DNA of 64,000 nt from Macrostomum lignano. Lineage: Eukaryota. Shown here in pieces: positions 37,701-50,300 of this stretch (positions are counted from its first letter, which is position 1; each line of letters starts with the position of its first letter). The position numbers were made by a program, and so were the translations under genes. The notes beneath the pieces are model-generated. The model was not told the origin of the DNA. It searched no databases and saw only the letters and a list, made by a program, of their open reading frames with translations. The DNA lies in contig NIVC01002659.1 in assembly GCA_002269645.1 (NCBI GenBank), positions 87,912 through 151,911 of the forward strand, written 5' to 3'.

Positions 37701-40617
37701 AGAGTGGAGTACATAGGGCCCAACAGCGGGCCCTCTTAAATCCAAAAGCAATGACCCTCCAAAGTAACTAAAATCTTAGCTCATATTCATGCAAATTTCT
37801 AGAAAAAGAAACATACCTGTATGCCAAACGTTTGCAGATGATTATCGTGACTAAAGTTGGCCTTCCTAACCAAATTATTGATCTCGCGTTCTCGGTCCGG
37901 AGCCGACCTAGCCGTAGCTTTAATCATCGTTGAAGTCTGCGAATCCGTCAGCTTCTTGATGCAGCGCTGCCCGCTGACAATGTTGCACACCTCCAATGGC
38001 AGGTAGGTGTGCTTGTTCTCTTGGCCAACCTGTATGAGTGTAGTGCATGATGTTTTGAGCCAATTTATACCTTATAGACTTTGTAGATTTTAATTTATCC
38101 TTTCAATGGAACCCGAGCTACAAAAGAGCGCCAGCTACAAAGGGGAGCTAGCTGCAGAAGGGTAAGGCGCCAGCTGCAGAAGGGCAAGGCGCCAGCTGCA
38201 GAAGGGTAAGGCGCCAGCTGCAGAAGGGTAAGGCGCCAGCTGCAGAAGGGTAAGGCCCCAGCTGCAGAAGGGCAAGGCGTCAGCTACAGAAGGGCAAGGC
38301 GCCAGCTGCAGAAGGGCAAGGCGTCAGCTACAGAAGGGCAAGGCGCCAGCTACAAAGGGGAGCGCGCCAGCTACAAAGGGGAGCTAGCTGCAGAAGGGCA
38401 AGGCGCCAGCTGCAGAAGGGCAAGGCGCCAGCTACAAAGGGGAGCTAGCTGCAGAAGGGCAAGGCGCCAGCTGCGGAAGGGCAAGGCGCCAGCTGCGAAA
38501 GGGCAAGGCGCCAGCTGCAGAAGGGCAAGGCGCCAGCTGCGGAAGGGTAAGGCGCCAGCTGCAGAACGGCAAGGCGCCAGCTGCAGAAGGGCAAGGCGCC
38601 AGCTGCGGAAGGGTAAGGCGCCAGCTGCAGAAGGGCAAGGCGCCAGCTGCGGAAGGGTAAGGCGCCAGCTACAGAAGGGCAAGGCGCCAGCTGCAGAAGG
38701 GCAAGGCGCCAGCTACAAAGGGGAGCTAGCTGCAGAAGGGCAAGGCGCCAGCTGCGGAAGGGCAAGGCGCCAGCTGCGGAAGGGCAAGGCGCCAGCTGCA
38801 GAAGGGCAAGGCGCCAGCTGCGGAAGGGTAAGGCGCCAGCTGCAGAACGGCAAGGCGCCAGCTGCAGAAGGGCAAGGCGCCAGCTGCGGAAGGGTAAGGC
38901 GCCAGCTGCAGAAGGGCAAGGCGCCAGCTGCGGAAGGGTAAGGCGCCAGCTACAGAAGGGCAAGGCGCCAGCTGCAGAAGGGCAAGGCGCCAGCTGCGGA
39001 AGGGTAAGGCGCCAGCTACAGAAGGGCAAGGCGCCAGCTACAGAAGGGTAAGGCGCCAGCTACAGAAGGCCAAGGCGCCAGCTGCAGAAGGGCAAGGCGC
39101 CAGCTACAGAAGGGCAAGGCGCCAGCTACAGAAGGGCAAGGCGCCAGCTACAGAAGGGCAAGGGGCAATTCTCGTGCTCTATCTGCTCATATCAATCCAG
39201 TGAATTTCAGCTCACCTGCAGACAGGGCAGCATCGGATAGCGCAGTCGCATGCGGTACCTCTCGGCAAAGTACTTGGCAACAGTGCAATCAACAGTTTGG
39301 CCATTCTCCATCTGCAATGGAAAGCTCTGCGCGCTAGCCGACCTGCGCGTCACATTGCAGACCCGGTACTTGCGCCGCATCTGGCCGCAGTGAGTGATCT
39401 CCACCTTCAGACCTTTAATCTCTTTGGTGAACTTCACCCGATTGCAGTCGCTCAAAGGTCGCCTATCAAACTCTTCTAGATCTGGCAGTTCGAGCACGTC
39501 GCGCAGAAAATCGCAGACACTCTGCGCCTTGTAGAAGGCGGTGGCGGACACGTCGATGTTGAGCATCATCTTCCAGTGGCTGGGCCGCACGCTCTGGTGG
39601 AAGCCGAACCAAACTTCGCGACCGTTGCCCAGCGGGTGGTCGGTGGAGTCCTGGTCGGGCTGCTGGAAGAATGACCGGCCAACTGGGGTGTACTGCAGGC
39701 TGGGCAGGTGGCGCATGATCACGTCCAATGCGTTCACAGCATCCGCCGGGATGTTCCGGCGACGGCCTTCGAGAGCCTCTTCAAGGGCGAACAGCGAGAC
39801 CTCGCCGAGATACTTCAGCGACACGCGGAACACCCGGTCCTTGCTGCTGCCCTCGCCCGGCAGGGTCACCTCCAGTTCCAGACGATCCGTGCCAAACGGC
39901 AGCGGGTCCCGGGTGTATAGATTCTTGCGACCGTCGAACACGGGGCGCTGGTTGAAGAACACAGTCTGATGGTGCATGGAGTTCACCATTGTGTTGATGA
40001 TCTCGCGGTTCACTCGTCGGGGGCATTTGTCCGGCGTAATGTTCACGTCGTAGTGATGCAGGAAGCCTTTCGGCAAGCGAATTTCGAAGTGGTTGGCCCG
40101 CAGGCTGATGTGCCGACCCTCCTGACCGCGGCCCGGACGCGCCGGCGGCTGGAAAATGATCGACGGTGGGGACGGCTCGCCGGAGTCGCTGCCGCCGCCA
40201 TAGCCGGAGCCGGCGCCCGAGGAGCCGGAGTTGCCCGCGCCAGGCGGCGTCGGAGGCGGCGCGTTGAAGTTTTGCAGTTGATTTGTTGATACTATGATAA
40301 TGAGGGTTTTTTCACAGGTGATGAGTCAGAGCTCGTAAGTGAGACAAAGGCACACTTACATAGCAAGGACTACATATAAGGAAAGATCTACTTAAAATAA
40401 TGGTCGTTTGCAGCCAATGTGAACCTATTTATTGTAAATTATTTGAAAAATCTCTAACTATTAGTATTACACATATCCCTATCGGAAAAATTAGGCCTAA
40501 CTATTGCATCGAAACAAAGAGAAGTAAGATTAAGAACAAGAAGTAACAGCCTAATTAGGTACAAAAGTTAGAGAAGTAGCAAGACGACTTACAAAATCCA
40601 CTGCCTGTAAGCGACAT
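34748..40617 (-). CDS. AGO: Argonaute (AGO clade, slicer tetrad intact), 6 exons, 897 aa
   Basis: Exons 40617-40593, 40291-39216, 38029-37817, 37513-37133, 36866-36177 and 35056-34748 join in frame (2694 nt). N, PAZ, MID and PIWI motifs are present. The D-E-D-H tetrad lies in [22 protein letters not shown] and [10 protein letters not shown]-terminus is MYFA. Intron 5 has a GC donor. Confidence 0.96.
35205..36155. repeat. About 55-bp satellite with a 3-unit (about 165-bp) higher-order repeat in Argonaute intron 5
   Basis: Unit GTAACTAAGGTAAACAAA..GTTGCTAAGATGAGGAAGAC. The ..CCGTTGCTAAGATGAGGAAGACAC variant recurs about every 165 bp. Confidence 0.92.
36927..37008. repeat. (CAGT)n microsatellite in Argonaute intron 4
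   Basis: Direct observation. Confidence 0.95.
38130..39160. repeat. 22-bp minisatellite (AAGGGCAAGGCGCCAGCTGCAG)n in Argonaute intron 2
   Basis: About 45 variant copies. Confidence 0.96.
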
Positions 40618-41018
40618 AGCAAAATCAGCTGCATTGTGGTACATAAAGTTTGGGCTTTGTGGCGGGAAATATTCATTAGTTCCGACTACAGCCATTGCTA
40701 ACTAAATTCCGCTGCCGGAGTTTGATAAAAAGCTGAAAATTGAGAAATAAAAAAGCCAGGAAAAACAAAATTTAAAAGCAGCACAAAAAGCTTAAAATTA
40801 AAAAATTAACAATTATTGTGTTCGCCTCTTAAAAATACTACAAAAATCAAATACTTTAACCTTTCAGGCAAGGAAGTTGACAATATACATAAAAAGTATA
40901 GTATACTTTGTTTAAACTATCACTTCTAAGAATATTGGCAAAATACAAACAAGATTAAGCGTGCGATTTATAATTCTACAAATATCTCCTCAATCTACCA
41001 AAATTTGCTAGCAACAGT

Positions 41019-41687
41019 GTGATATCATCAGAACTTGAGCTTACTCCAATCTCCCAACGAATTGCTAAAACCTATCTTACCTACTGGCTGAAGATTAGAC
41101 ATCAAAAACTTTGCCAAACGACACTAGAAATTTTCTACTCAAACACCAGCCAAAAAAATCCATGGAAAACAAATATACTAAAGAAACTGGAAAGTATAGA
41201 CTTAAAAGCACTAACTGAAGATAAACTTTCCCAAAGCTTTAATAACGAGAAATACCTAGTGAAAAAGCACCTCAAGATACACAGAGAAAGAGAACTTAGC
41301 CAAAAGCTAGAGAATCAGCAACATATTAAACTCTATAAAAACGCCTATCTCTACAAAAAAATCTGCAGGCCTGACCTTTCAGATTACTTTCCATGCACTT
41401 TTAGAAACAAAAAATTCCTAACAACCCTCCTCCTAAAACTGAAATGCGAAATTACACCCAACATTTTCTCTCATGAACCATGTAGACTGTGTGGAGCGAG
41501 AAATGGTTCCGATATCCTACACTACTTGACCGAATGTCCACAAACCGAAAAGTTCAGAAAAAAATACTTCTGTCAGTACCTCCTAAATGACAAGCAAGTA
41601 CACAAGTTAGGATATGCTACAAATGAAAAAAGAGTCAGAAAAGAGCTCACTGGTGTAGCTAAAATATATGAAGTCATGAATAGCTAA
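41019..41687 (+). mobile_element. 3' fragment of a non-LTR retrotransposon ORF2 with a CCHC zinc knuckle
   Basis: CRLCGARNGSDILHYLTECP matches the C-x2-C-xn-H-x4-C knuckle at LINE ORF2 C-termini. The sequence is A-rich and has no RT motifs. Confidence 0.6.
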
Positions 41688-44600
41688 AACAGTTATGCAA
41701 ACTGAAACAGACATATCAGCAGTGAAATAAATCCGCCTTTCCCATTTTTAATTTCCTACTTAATTAGCACTTAATTAGTATTTAATTAGTTTCCTATCTA
41801 ATACCTATTTAAATCGTCGTCATTCGCTTAACGTAAAGTCCCTTCGAAGTTCGTTTTTGTTCATTTTTCTTTCGTTTTTACTTTTATTAACTGCAATACT
41901 TTTTTTAACTCCTTGCTTTTTCTTTCGCTTCGTTAGTCGTCCAAGTATCGTTAATAACTTTTCCGCGTTCTTTCAAATACCATTTTGCAAAACTCGTACT
42001 AATCATAATTAAATAACTAGTGCTAAAATATTGTCTCCTATTCCTGAAGCAATCTTAAATACATAGAAATATATTGGCCAAACAGGCTTCTTGCCTGAGC
42101 CAACTTACTACTACTACATTACTACTACTACTTATAATTTAAAATTTAGATCCGCTTTTACCTAGGCCTATTAAAATTTGGCCTTTTTATTTTTCTGACA
42201 CCAAAACAGAACCATTTCACGATGTTTAACTTTTTGTCTCCTAAATTTAAATGTTTTGACCTTAGTATTTTTACAGGATTTATTAAGTAGATGTCTATGT
42301 TTCGTGATTCTAAGATCCATGATTCAAAACTTAATTTTTTGGTTTAGTGTTTCTGTGTGTGAGGCTATATATATATTGGCAGTGTTGGGCACCAGTTCGT
42401 TAATTAGCGTTAATCCGTTAATAAACGTTAAGATTTTCATTAACAACAATGGACTGCCATTATTCCATTAAGATTTTTTAAAATAACGGATTAACAAATT
42501 TGCATTCAAAATTTTGTGAGTTAACAACAAATTCACTGTTAATGTTAATGGCAATGTCGATGACCAACGATGGCAAAGATGCAAATAAAGAACAAAATAT
42601 AAGTCTGAAGAGAAGTTACAACATTACACAAATGTATTTGAATTTACCTAAATGCCGAATTAATATTTTTGTTTATGATAATGATCATGCAAATGTAACT
42701 ACTTCTTACTAGGCCTAATGAACTTTAATAATGAATAAAAATGGTAAATTTTATTGCTTGTGCGTGAGCATCGATTGCTTTGATTAACTTCTTTGTTGCA
42801 CCTGCTAATGCTACTAAAACAACCTACTCATATTTTATTAATAAATAATTAGATTCCAAGTTTCAAATATATAAGTTAATTCTTGTACCTTATGCTTTTA
42901 GTAATAATTTACCTACATTTTTTTCAATTATTATTTATTGCTTTTTTAGCTTGTAAATTGCTTAGATGACCTTTGTGTTTCACTAAAAAGATGGAAAAGC
43001 AAAGACAATGCATTATAATTATATAATCTGTTTTGAAAAAATGTAAGATTTCTATATTTTCTGTGTTAACCTTAACAGATTAATGCTTATTAATGATTAT
43101 CAGTTAACTTTCACCTAACTTAACAAAATTAATAGGTAATAAGTTAAGATTTTTTGTTTTAATGCTAACAATTTTGCCATTAATGGAAGTTAAGATTTTT
43201 AGGTTGTAAGTTATACAAGGCCATGTTCTTTTCTATTTATTTTATTAGGCCTTAGTTGTTAAAATTGTTACTTGCAATAGTACAATCATTAATTTGTTAA
43301 GAAGGGGGGAGGGTAGATCTCAGAAGGTAAAAACCTAAGAAGAGGAAGGGGTTAAACAAGGTGGCTCTATATATTGGTGAATATTTGCTTGGTCTCTCTT
43401 TTGATTTTTTTCTAATCTCTGCCTAAGGGGCATAGCTGTCCCACCCCCTCCAGGTAACAGTTGACTTTGATAACAAAGTGGTATTTAAATTGTATATAGA
43501 ATATTGGTATTTTAATCAATCTATTTTTAATTAAAAATTTTATAGGTATTTTAAATTGAATCTATATTAATTTCTAGATAATGGCAATCTTTTACTTTTG
43601 TGCATTATCTTCTTTAAATTTGTTGTTTCTGTTTAGTTTAATGATAATATTATAATAGATTGAATAGAAAGATTGAGTTTCAACAGATCAATTGTCAATT
43701 GTCAATGAAAAAAATAGATAAATGTAATTTTCTATATTAAATAATTATTTCTTACTTAAATTTGCACTTTTTTCAACCGCAATGCAATACAATTCAAAGA
43801 CTAGATATCCACTTTGCACTGACAACAATAATTATAATCAATGATCCTTAATAGGCAACTAATAGACATGTATAACCTTGGGAATCACTCAGCTGTTTCT
43901 TCTACATTAGAAATATACGCATGTAAGTTGCTAGTGGCTAAAAGCAGTCACATGACTATTATTTAATCCAATAGCAACTTTTATGTGTTGCCAATAAAAA
44001 TGGTTAGGTGAATCCCTAGGTTGCACCCAAGCATGCCAACTAAACTGTGGGATCTAGAAATTGCATATCTAAAGCAAGTAATAATTTTTTGAGGCTCACC
44101 TTTGGCAAATTTATATGGCAAGGTGTTTTCTAAAGATCCAATTTGGAAACATCCTATATTGGATACAATGTTACTATCAATGCTAAAGACACTTTTTGAA
44201 CTTTATAACATTTAATAATCCACAGTACTGCTCTACAATATATTAATATCACTATAATAATTTTGCAAAAAATAATTTGATATAAGAAACTGCATTTATA
44301 TCAACCTAGTCCTACAGTCAAGTTAAAAAATCAATAATATACAATGGTTTTAGGTGCAAGTGGAGGCCAACCATGGTTTTGTTAGTATATAAAGATAATT
44401 AAATTGCATGATAGTTTGAGTTATAAGTCTACTGCATTTGCCTCACACTGATTAACAACTAAGTCTACCCACCCAACTGATAGACTTTTTGCCAAAGACA
44501 AATCTTTCAAGCTAAATCATTATGCATAGTTATAGGTCATTTTGGTAACAATTTGTTTTTTGGTGACATATATTGCTTTTGTGACAAACACACTTTGCGT

Positions 44601-44845
44601 TTGGTAAAAAAAGGAATATCTGGTTAATGGTCATTTTATATTGAAACCTATGTTGAATGAATAGTGGTATTCAATTAATATAGGAAGCAATTTAATTAAT
44701 TAAACAATAAATAAATATATTTTTTGGAAATGCATATTAGCTATGTATAATGCTTTGATAGAATTTTATAATACCCAATTTGTCCCTGACTTTCATCAAT
44801 GAAAATTGAGTTTTTTTGCCTTCACAAAAATTGCAAACACTCCAG

Positions 44846-46118
44846 GCTGCTCCAGCTACAGATTCCAATGCTACAGGCATTGAGGCCGAGTTCCAGCTGT
44901 ACCTCAACCAATTAGCTGCCGACTTGGCCACAGTAGAATCAGTAAAAGCTACAGCCGCTGAGCTGACCAAATTGGCTCAGTTGCCGCTTCAAGCTTTGCG
45001 CTGCATTCACCGCAGCTGCGATTCCGATTCGATTAGTAAGGCTATTGATGAAGCTCGAGCTGCTTTGCAGCCAAGCACTGATTTGTTAGCTAAACTGGGC
45101 CAGCAGATGCCAGCGGGAACCTATTACAAATATCACCAGCTGTGGAGGGAGCCGGTTCAGCAGCTCTGCATGGCTGTTACTTTTATTAGCTTCTTGGAAT
45201 CCGATCGGCTGCTGAGTCTGGAGGATGCGGCGAGTCAGCTGGGCATGGCTGGAGATAGTGATGGTGGTAAGGAAGAGGCCAGCTATAGTGGCGCATTTTT
45301 TTACTATTCCTTTTTATTATAGCTTTCAAGTTTCATATATTGATTTTGAGGCAAGCTTAGCTGTTTAGCAACTTGTTTTAAGACCAGCTTAGTGGCTTTG
45401 CAGTTGGTGTAGACACCAGCTTAGTGGTCTAGCAGTTGTTTTAGACACAAGCTTAGTGGCTTAGCAGTTAGTTTAGACACAAGCTTAGTGGCTTAGCAGT
45501 TAGTTTAGACACAAGCTTAGTGGCTTAGCAGTTGGTTTAGACACAAGCTTAGTGGCTTAGCAGTTAGTTTAGACACAAGCTTAGTGGCTTAGCAGTTGGG
45601 TTTACCAGCCTAGTGGCTTTACCATTCCCCTGACCCCTGAGCGCGAACATGGATGTACATAGATCGCAGGCACACGCTCACACAGGGTGTACAGCAGCCC
45701 CGATTTTCTAATCGTCAGACATGTACACACTCTGTGCATTGGGGGTTGACCCTCATGGGCCCAGTAGGCTACAGCTACAATAGTGAAACGCCATTCATAT
45801 CCAACTGCTTAACCTGGTCTGGTCTCCCTTCACACGACCGCAGGCGGCGGGTCCACTCTCCACCTGGACCTGGAAGACTACCTGTTCGGCCTGCTGCTCC
45901 TCGCCAGCGAACTGGCCAGACTGAGCGTCAACGCCGTGACGGCTGGCAGGCCCGACCTGCCTCGTCGAGTTGCCGACTTCGCCCGCCATCTGGAGGCCGG
46001 CTTCCGGCTGCTCAACTTTAAGAATGACGCTTTACGCCGGCGCTACGACGGGCTCAAATACGATATGCGCAAGATTGAGGAGGTGCTGTACGATGTGACC
46101 GTCAGGAAGCTGGAGTAG
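44846..46118 (+). CDS. TSN: Translin (C3PO subunit); exons 44846-45266 and 45844-46118, initiator Met not found
   Basis: YYKYHQLWR, HLDLEDYLFGLLLLASELARLSVNAVTAG and FRLLNFKNDALRRRYDGLKYDMRKIEEVLYD match translin. The phase-1 intron is GT-AG. Confidence 0.93.
45385..45620. repeat. 32-bp minisatellite (GCTTAGTGGCTTAGCAGTTAGTTTAGACACAA)n in the translin intron
   Basis: About 7 copies. Confidence 0.9.
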
Positions 46119-46264
46119 CTTCTTTATGAGGAGCTCGTCTTGTCCATTTATTTGCTTTTCCAGTTTTATCTTCGATGCAGCTATATAAAGTGAAAATATG
46201 CTCTTTGTTTATTAACAAAGCTGTAATTAAATAGTTACTTTTGTTAATCCTAGCGGTTGTATGC

Positions 46265-46770
46265 CGATTAGCCGAGTCCCGACTGGCCGAATCCCGATTA
46301 GCCGAGTCCCGACTGGCCGAATCTTGACTGGCCGAATCCCTATTAGCTGAGTCCCGACTGGCCGGATCCCGATTAGCCGAGTCCCGACTGGCCGAATCCC
46401 TATTAGCCAAGTCCCGACTGGCCGAATCCCGACTGGCCGAATCCCGACTGGCCGAATCCCGACTGGCCGAATCCCGATTGGCCGAATCCCGACTGGCCGA
46501 ATCTTGACTGGCCGAATCCCTATTAGCTGAGTCCCGACTGGCCGGATCCCGATTAGCCGAGTCCCGACTGGCCGAATCCCTATTAGCCAAGTCCCGACTG
46601 GCCGAATCCCTATTAGCCAAGTCCCGACTGGCCGAATCCCTATTAGCCAAGTCCCGACTGGCCGAATCCCTATTAGCCAAGTCCCGACTGGCCGAATCCC
46701 GACTGGCCGAATCCCGATTGGCCGAATCCCGACTGGCCGAATCCCGATTGGCGGAATCCCTATTGGCCCA
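46265..46770. repeat. 15-bp minisatellite (GCCGAATCCCGACTG)n
   Basis: About 33 variant copies. Confidence 0.93.
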
Positions 46771-47342
46771 TTTCAAGAATAGCCACTCGGCCAAAGATGC
46801 CGATTGGCCGAGTCGCCGATTCTTTACTTGTAGAATCCCCTGTTTGCCTATACCCGATACCTAGTTATTTCCATAGACATTTAAACAATAAAAACCGAAT
46901 GTAGCTTTTTGCAGTCCATTTTGGCAAACAAACTCATAGAATTCCTTTTTAACCTAAGTTATGTTTGTCAAAGTAATGGAGCTTTTGTCTATGGTAGCAA
47001 GGCTGTCACAGCAGCACTTACTTTGGTCCATAGCAGCTATGAAGCCCAATCATGAGGATTGTAGCAAAATCCTTTTGGTTTGACATGGAAGGTACATTTG
47101 GGTCAATCAGCTTGCAAAAATATTTTTATAATTCATCATGCCAGTTGCCAATATACATACAGGTGTGCTAATTTTAGTTTTTTTAAATCAAATACAAGAA
47201 ACAACAGTTTAATATCTTCTTTTGTCAAAAAACAATGCATTTTACACTTTTCTCCATTTCATCTTTTAAGGCTGCAAAAGTGTCATCTTCAAATAATTCA
47301 TAAAACAATTGTATATTGCATGTCATAGCTAAATCAATATTT

Positions 47343-50300
47343 ATGACTGCGCAGCCGAACAACAAGCCGGAAGAGGAAGCGGAATTGCCGGCGCTGATCA
47401 TTGGCGGCGATGCCTGCATTTTGCCGTTTGAATTGGCGCGAATTCCCATTGGCAACAGCCAGGATTGGTGAGTGTGCGCTAGCATGCTGCTGTTAGTAGT
47501 ATGTTAGTCAGCCAAGTGTTAAAACTTGCATGCGAGTCAACTTTGACAATTCATTTCAGCAAAGCTATTGCGGCTTCTTTGAAATTGGACGGGGCCAAAC
47601 ATCTCGTGGCTACTTTTACATCCCACGATGCTGATGACTCTGAGACTAAGGTTAGTATTCTTTGATTCAGGAAGGAAGGAAGGAAGTCAGTCAGACAGTC
47701 AGTCAGCCAGTCACTCAGCCAGTCAGCCACTCAGTCAGTCAGTGAGTCAGTCAGTCAGTCAGCCACTCAGTCAGCCACTCAGTCAGTCAGTCAGTCAGTC
47801 ACTCAGTCAGTCAGTCAGCCACTCAGTCAGTCAGTGAGTCAGTCAGTCAGTCAGTCAGTCAGCCAGCCACTCAGTCAGCCACTCAGTCAGCCACTCAGTC
47901 AGCCACTCAGTCAGACAGTCAGCCAGCCAGTCAGTCAGTCAGCCAGTCAGTCAGTCAGTCAGTCAGTCAGTCAGACAGTCAGTCAGTCAGCCAATCAGCC
48001 ACTCAGTCAGCCAATCAGTCAGACAGTCAGCCAGTCAGTCAGTCAGTCAGTCAGTCAGTCAGTCAGTCAGTCAGTCAGTCAGCCAGCCAGCCGCCTCCCG
48101 TTCCCGCAGCTGGCGGGCCGCATCGGCACGGTGTGCGCGGTGCAGCAGCTGCTCCTGCTGCCTAGCCCGTCGCTGGTGCTCCGCGGCCTCTCCCGGTGTC
48201 GTTTCCACGCCTGGGTCAGCGGCTCGAATTCGACGCAGGTCGGCCGCAGGTTTTTCTGGTCGCAACAGCCGCAGCAGCAGCAGTCGCCCCGGCGCGCCCG
48301 TGTCGCCATGCTGACTAGCGACGTCGAGGAAGTGGACGCGGAAGCCACTGCTGAAGAGCTTCGCCAGCTGATCAGCCTCTGTCAACGTCTTGGCGTCCTT
48401 CGAGCTTCGCCTACTGCCGCGGCCGTTTCGGAGGCTGCTGCTGCAGCCGAGGACGCCAGTGATATCAAAGATGGCGAGAGAAAGCGACTGGCCAGTCAGC
48501 TGCCCGACCTTCTTGGCGGCCTGTTGTCGCTGAGCACCGAGCAGCGTTTGCGCCTTCTGGCGGCCACAACGCATCGAGAGAGGGCCGCAGTTCTGCTTCC
48601 AGTAAGCTGCGTTTTCGCGTTTTTTAAATCATGCTTTTAATCATAAAGGCACAATCTCAGTGAAGACACAATCTCAGTGAAGACACAATCTCAGTACAAA
48701 CACAATCTCAGTACAGACACAATCTCAGTACAAACACAATCTCAGTACAGACAATCTCAGTACAGACACAATCTCAGTACAGACAATCTCAGTACAGACA
48801 ATCTCAGTACAGACAATCTCAGTACAGACAATCTCAGTACAGACAATCTCAGTACAGACACAATCTCAGTACAGACAATCTCAGTACAGACAATCTCAGT
48901 ACAGACAATCTCAGTACAGACAATCTCAGTAGAGACACCAATCTCAGTGAAGACCCAATCTCAGAGAGACAATCTCAGTACAGACACAATCTCAGTGAAG
49001 ACACAATCTCAGTGAAGACACAATCTCAGTGAAGACACAATCTCAGTGAAGACACAATCTCGGTGAAGACACAATCTCAGTGAAGACACAATCTCAGTGA
49101 AGACACAATCTGTAATGGAAATTCTTCCATTGCGCGCAGATTTTGCGCTCTCGACTTCGCGACAAGACGGGCGACGCAGCGGCCGCTAATTCGTCCTCGC
49201 CGACATCGTCACCCCGCGCCGGCGGCGGTCCGATCGGCGAGTTGGCGAGCCGCCTGGCGGCGGCCGACCTGCCAAAGGCGGCTTCTGAAGCCGCCAATCG
49301 AGAATTGGCCAGACTCCGCTCCATCACTAGCGGCGCTCAGCACCATCATCCGGAGGCCGGGGTCATTCAGGTGCATTCTGTTGTTAAGCAATATTGTATG
49401 CACTTACTTTCAGCTGTTGGGGAGGCAACAAAGAAAGGAGTAAAAGTTTCTAAATAAACTGTATGTAGGTTTTGACCTTGCACAGTCACTATCGTTAATC
49501 TTTCAATGAAAACGATTCTTAAAGCTAAAAAGCATCCGCCATCTAGCCTGGGATATCAGCATACCCTATTAGCTTTAGCTCATAGCATCTGAGAAACCCT
49601 GCAGAAAAAGAATGTGAAGCGACATTTCTCTCGATAAGCTACACTATTCAGTAATATAAACCAAATAGCCTGAGTTTATAGCCTGAATTCAGTACTGGCA
49701 GAAGAATTTTAATTTTTTACTGTCTATCGTTGATTTTGCTTTTGCCAACGCCAGACCTACTTGGAGACGCTGTTGGCACTGCCCTGGCGCCGACTCACTC
49801 CACCGGACGCCGGCCCGGCCACTATGGCCGACGCTCGACGCCTACTCGACGCCGAGCACCACGGCCTGGCTAGCGTGAAGGAGCGAGTCCTGCAGTTCCT
49901 GGCCGTCAGGCGTCTCCGGCCGAGCCTCCGTCCGCCGCTCCTGTGCCTGGTGGCCCCGCCCGGCTGCGGCAAGACCTCCGTAGCCGGCAGCCTCGCCCGC
50001 TGTCTTGGCCGGCCGCTGCAACGCATCGCCCTAGGCGGCGTGGCCGACCCGGCCGAGCTGCGCGGCCATCGTCGGACCTACGTAGGCGCCATGCCCGGCC
50101 GCTTGTTGGCGGCTGTTCGAGCGGCCGGGGTCCGCGATCCGGTGCTGCTGCTGGACGAGCTGGACAAGCTGGGCAGGCGCGGCATGCACGGCGACCCGTC
50201 CGCTACCCTGTTGGAAGCGTTGGACGCTGAGCAAAACTCCGCATTTGTGGATCATTACCTTGGCGTACCGTTCGACCTGAGCCAGGTGCTGTTTGTAGCC

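Noticed and set aside
34748-40617. Prokaryotic Argonaute defence system
   Set aside because: The gene has spliceosomal introns and AGO-clade eukaryotic motifs.
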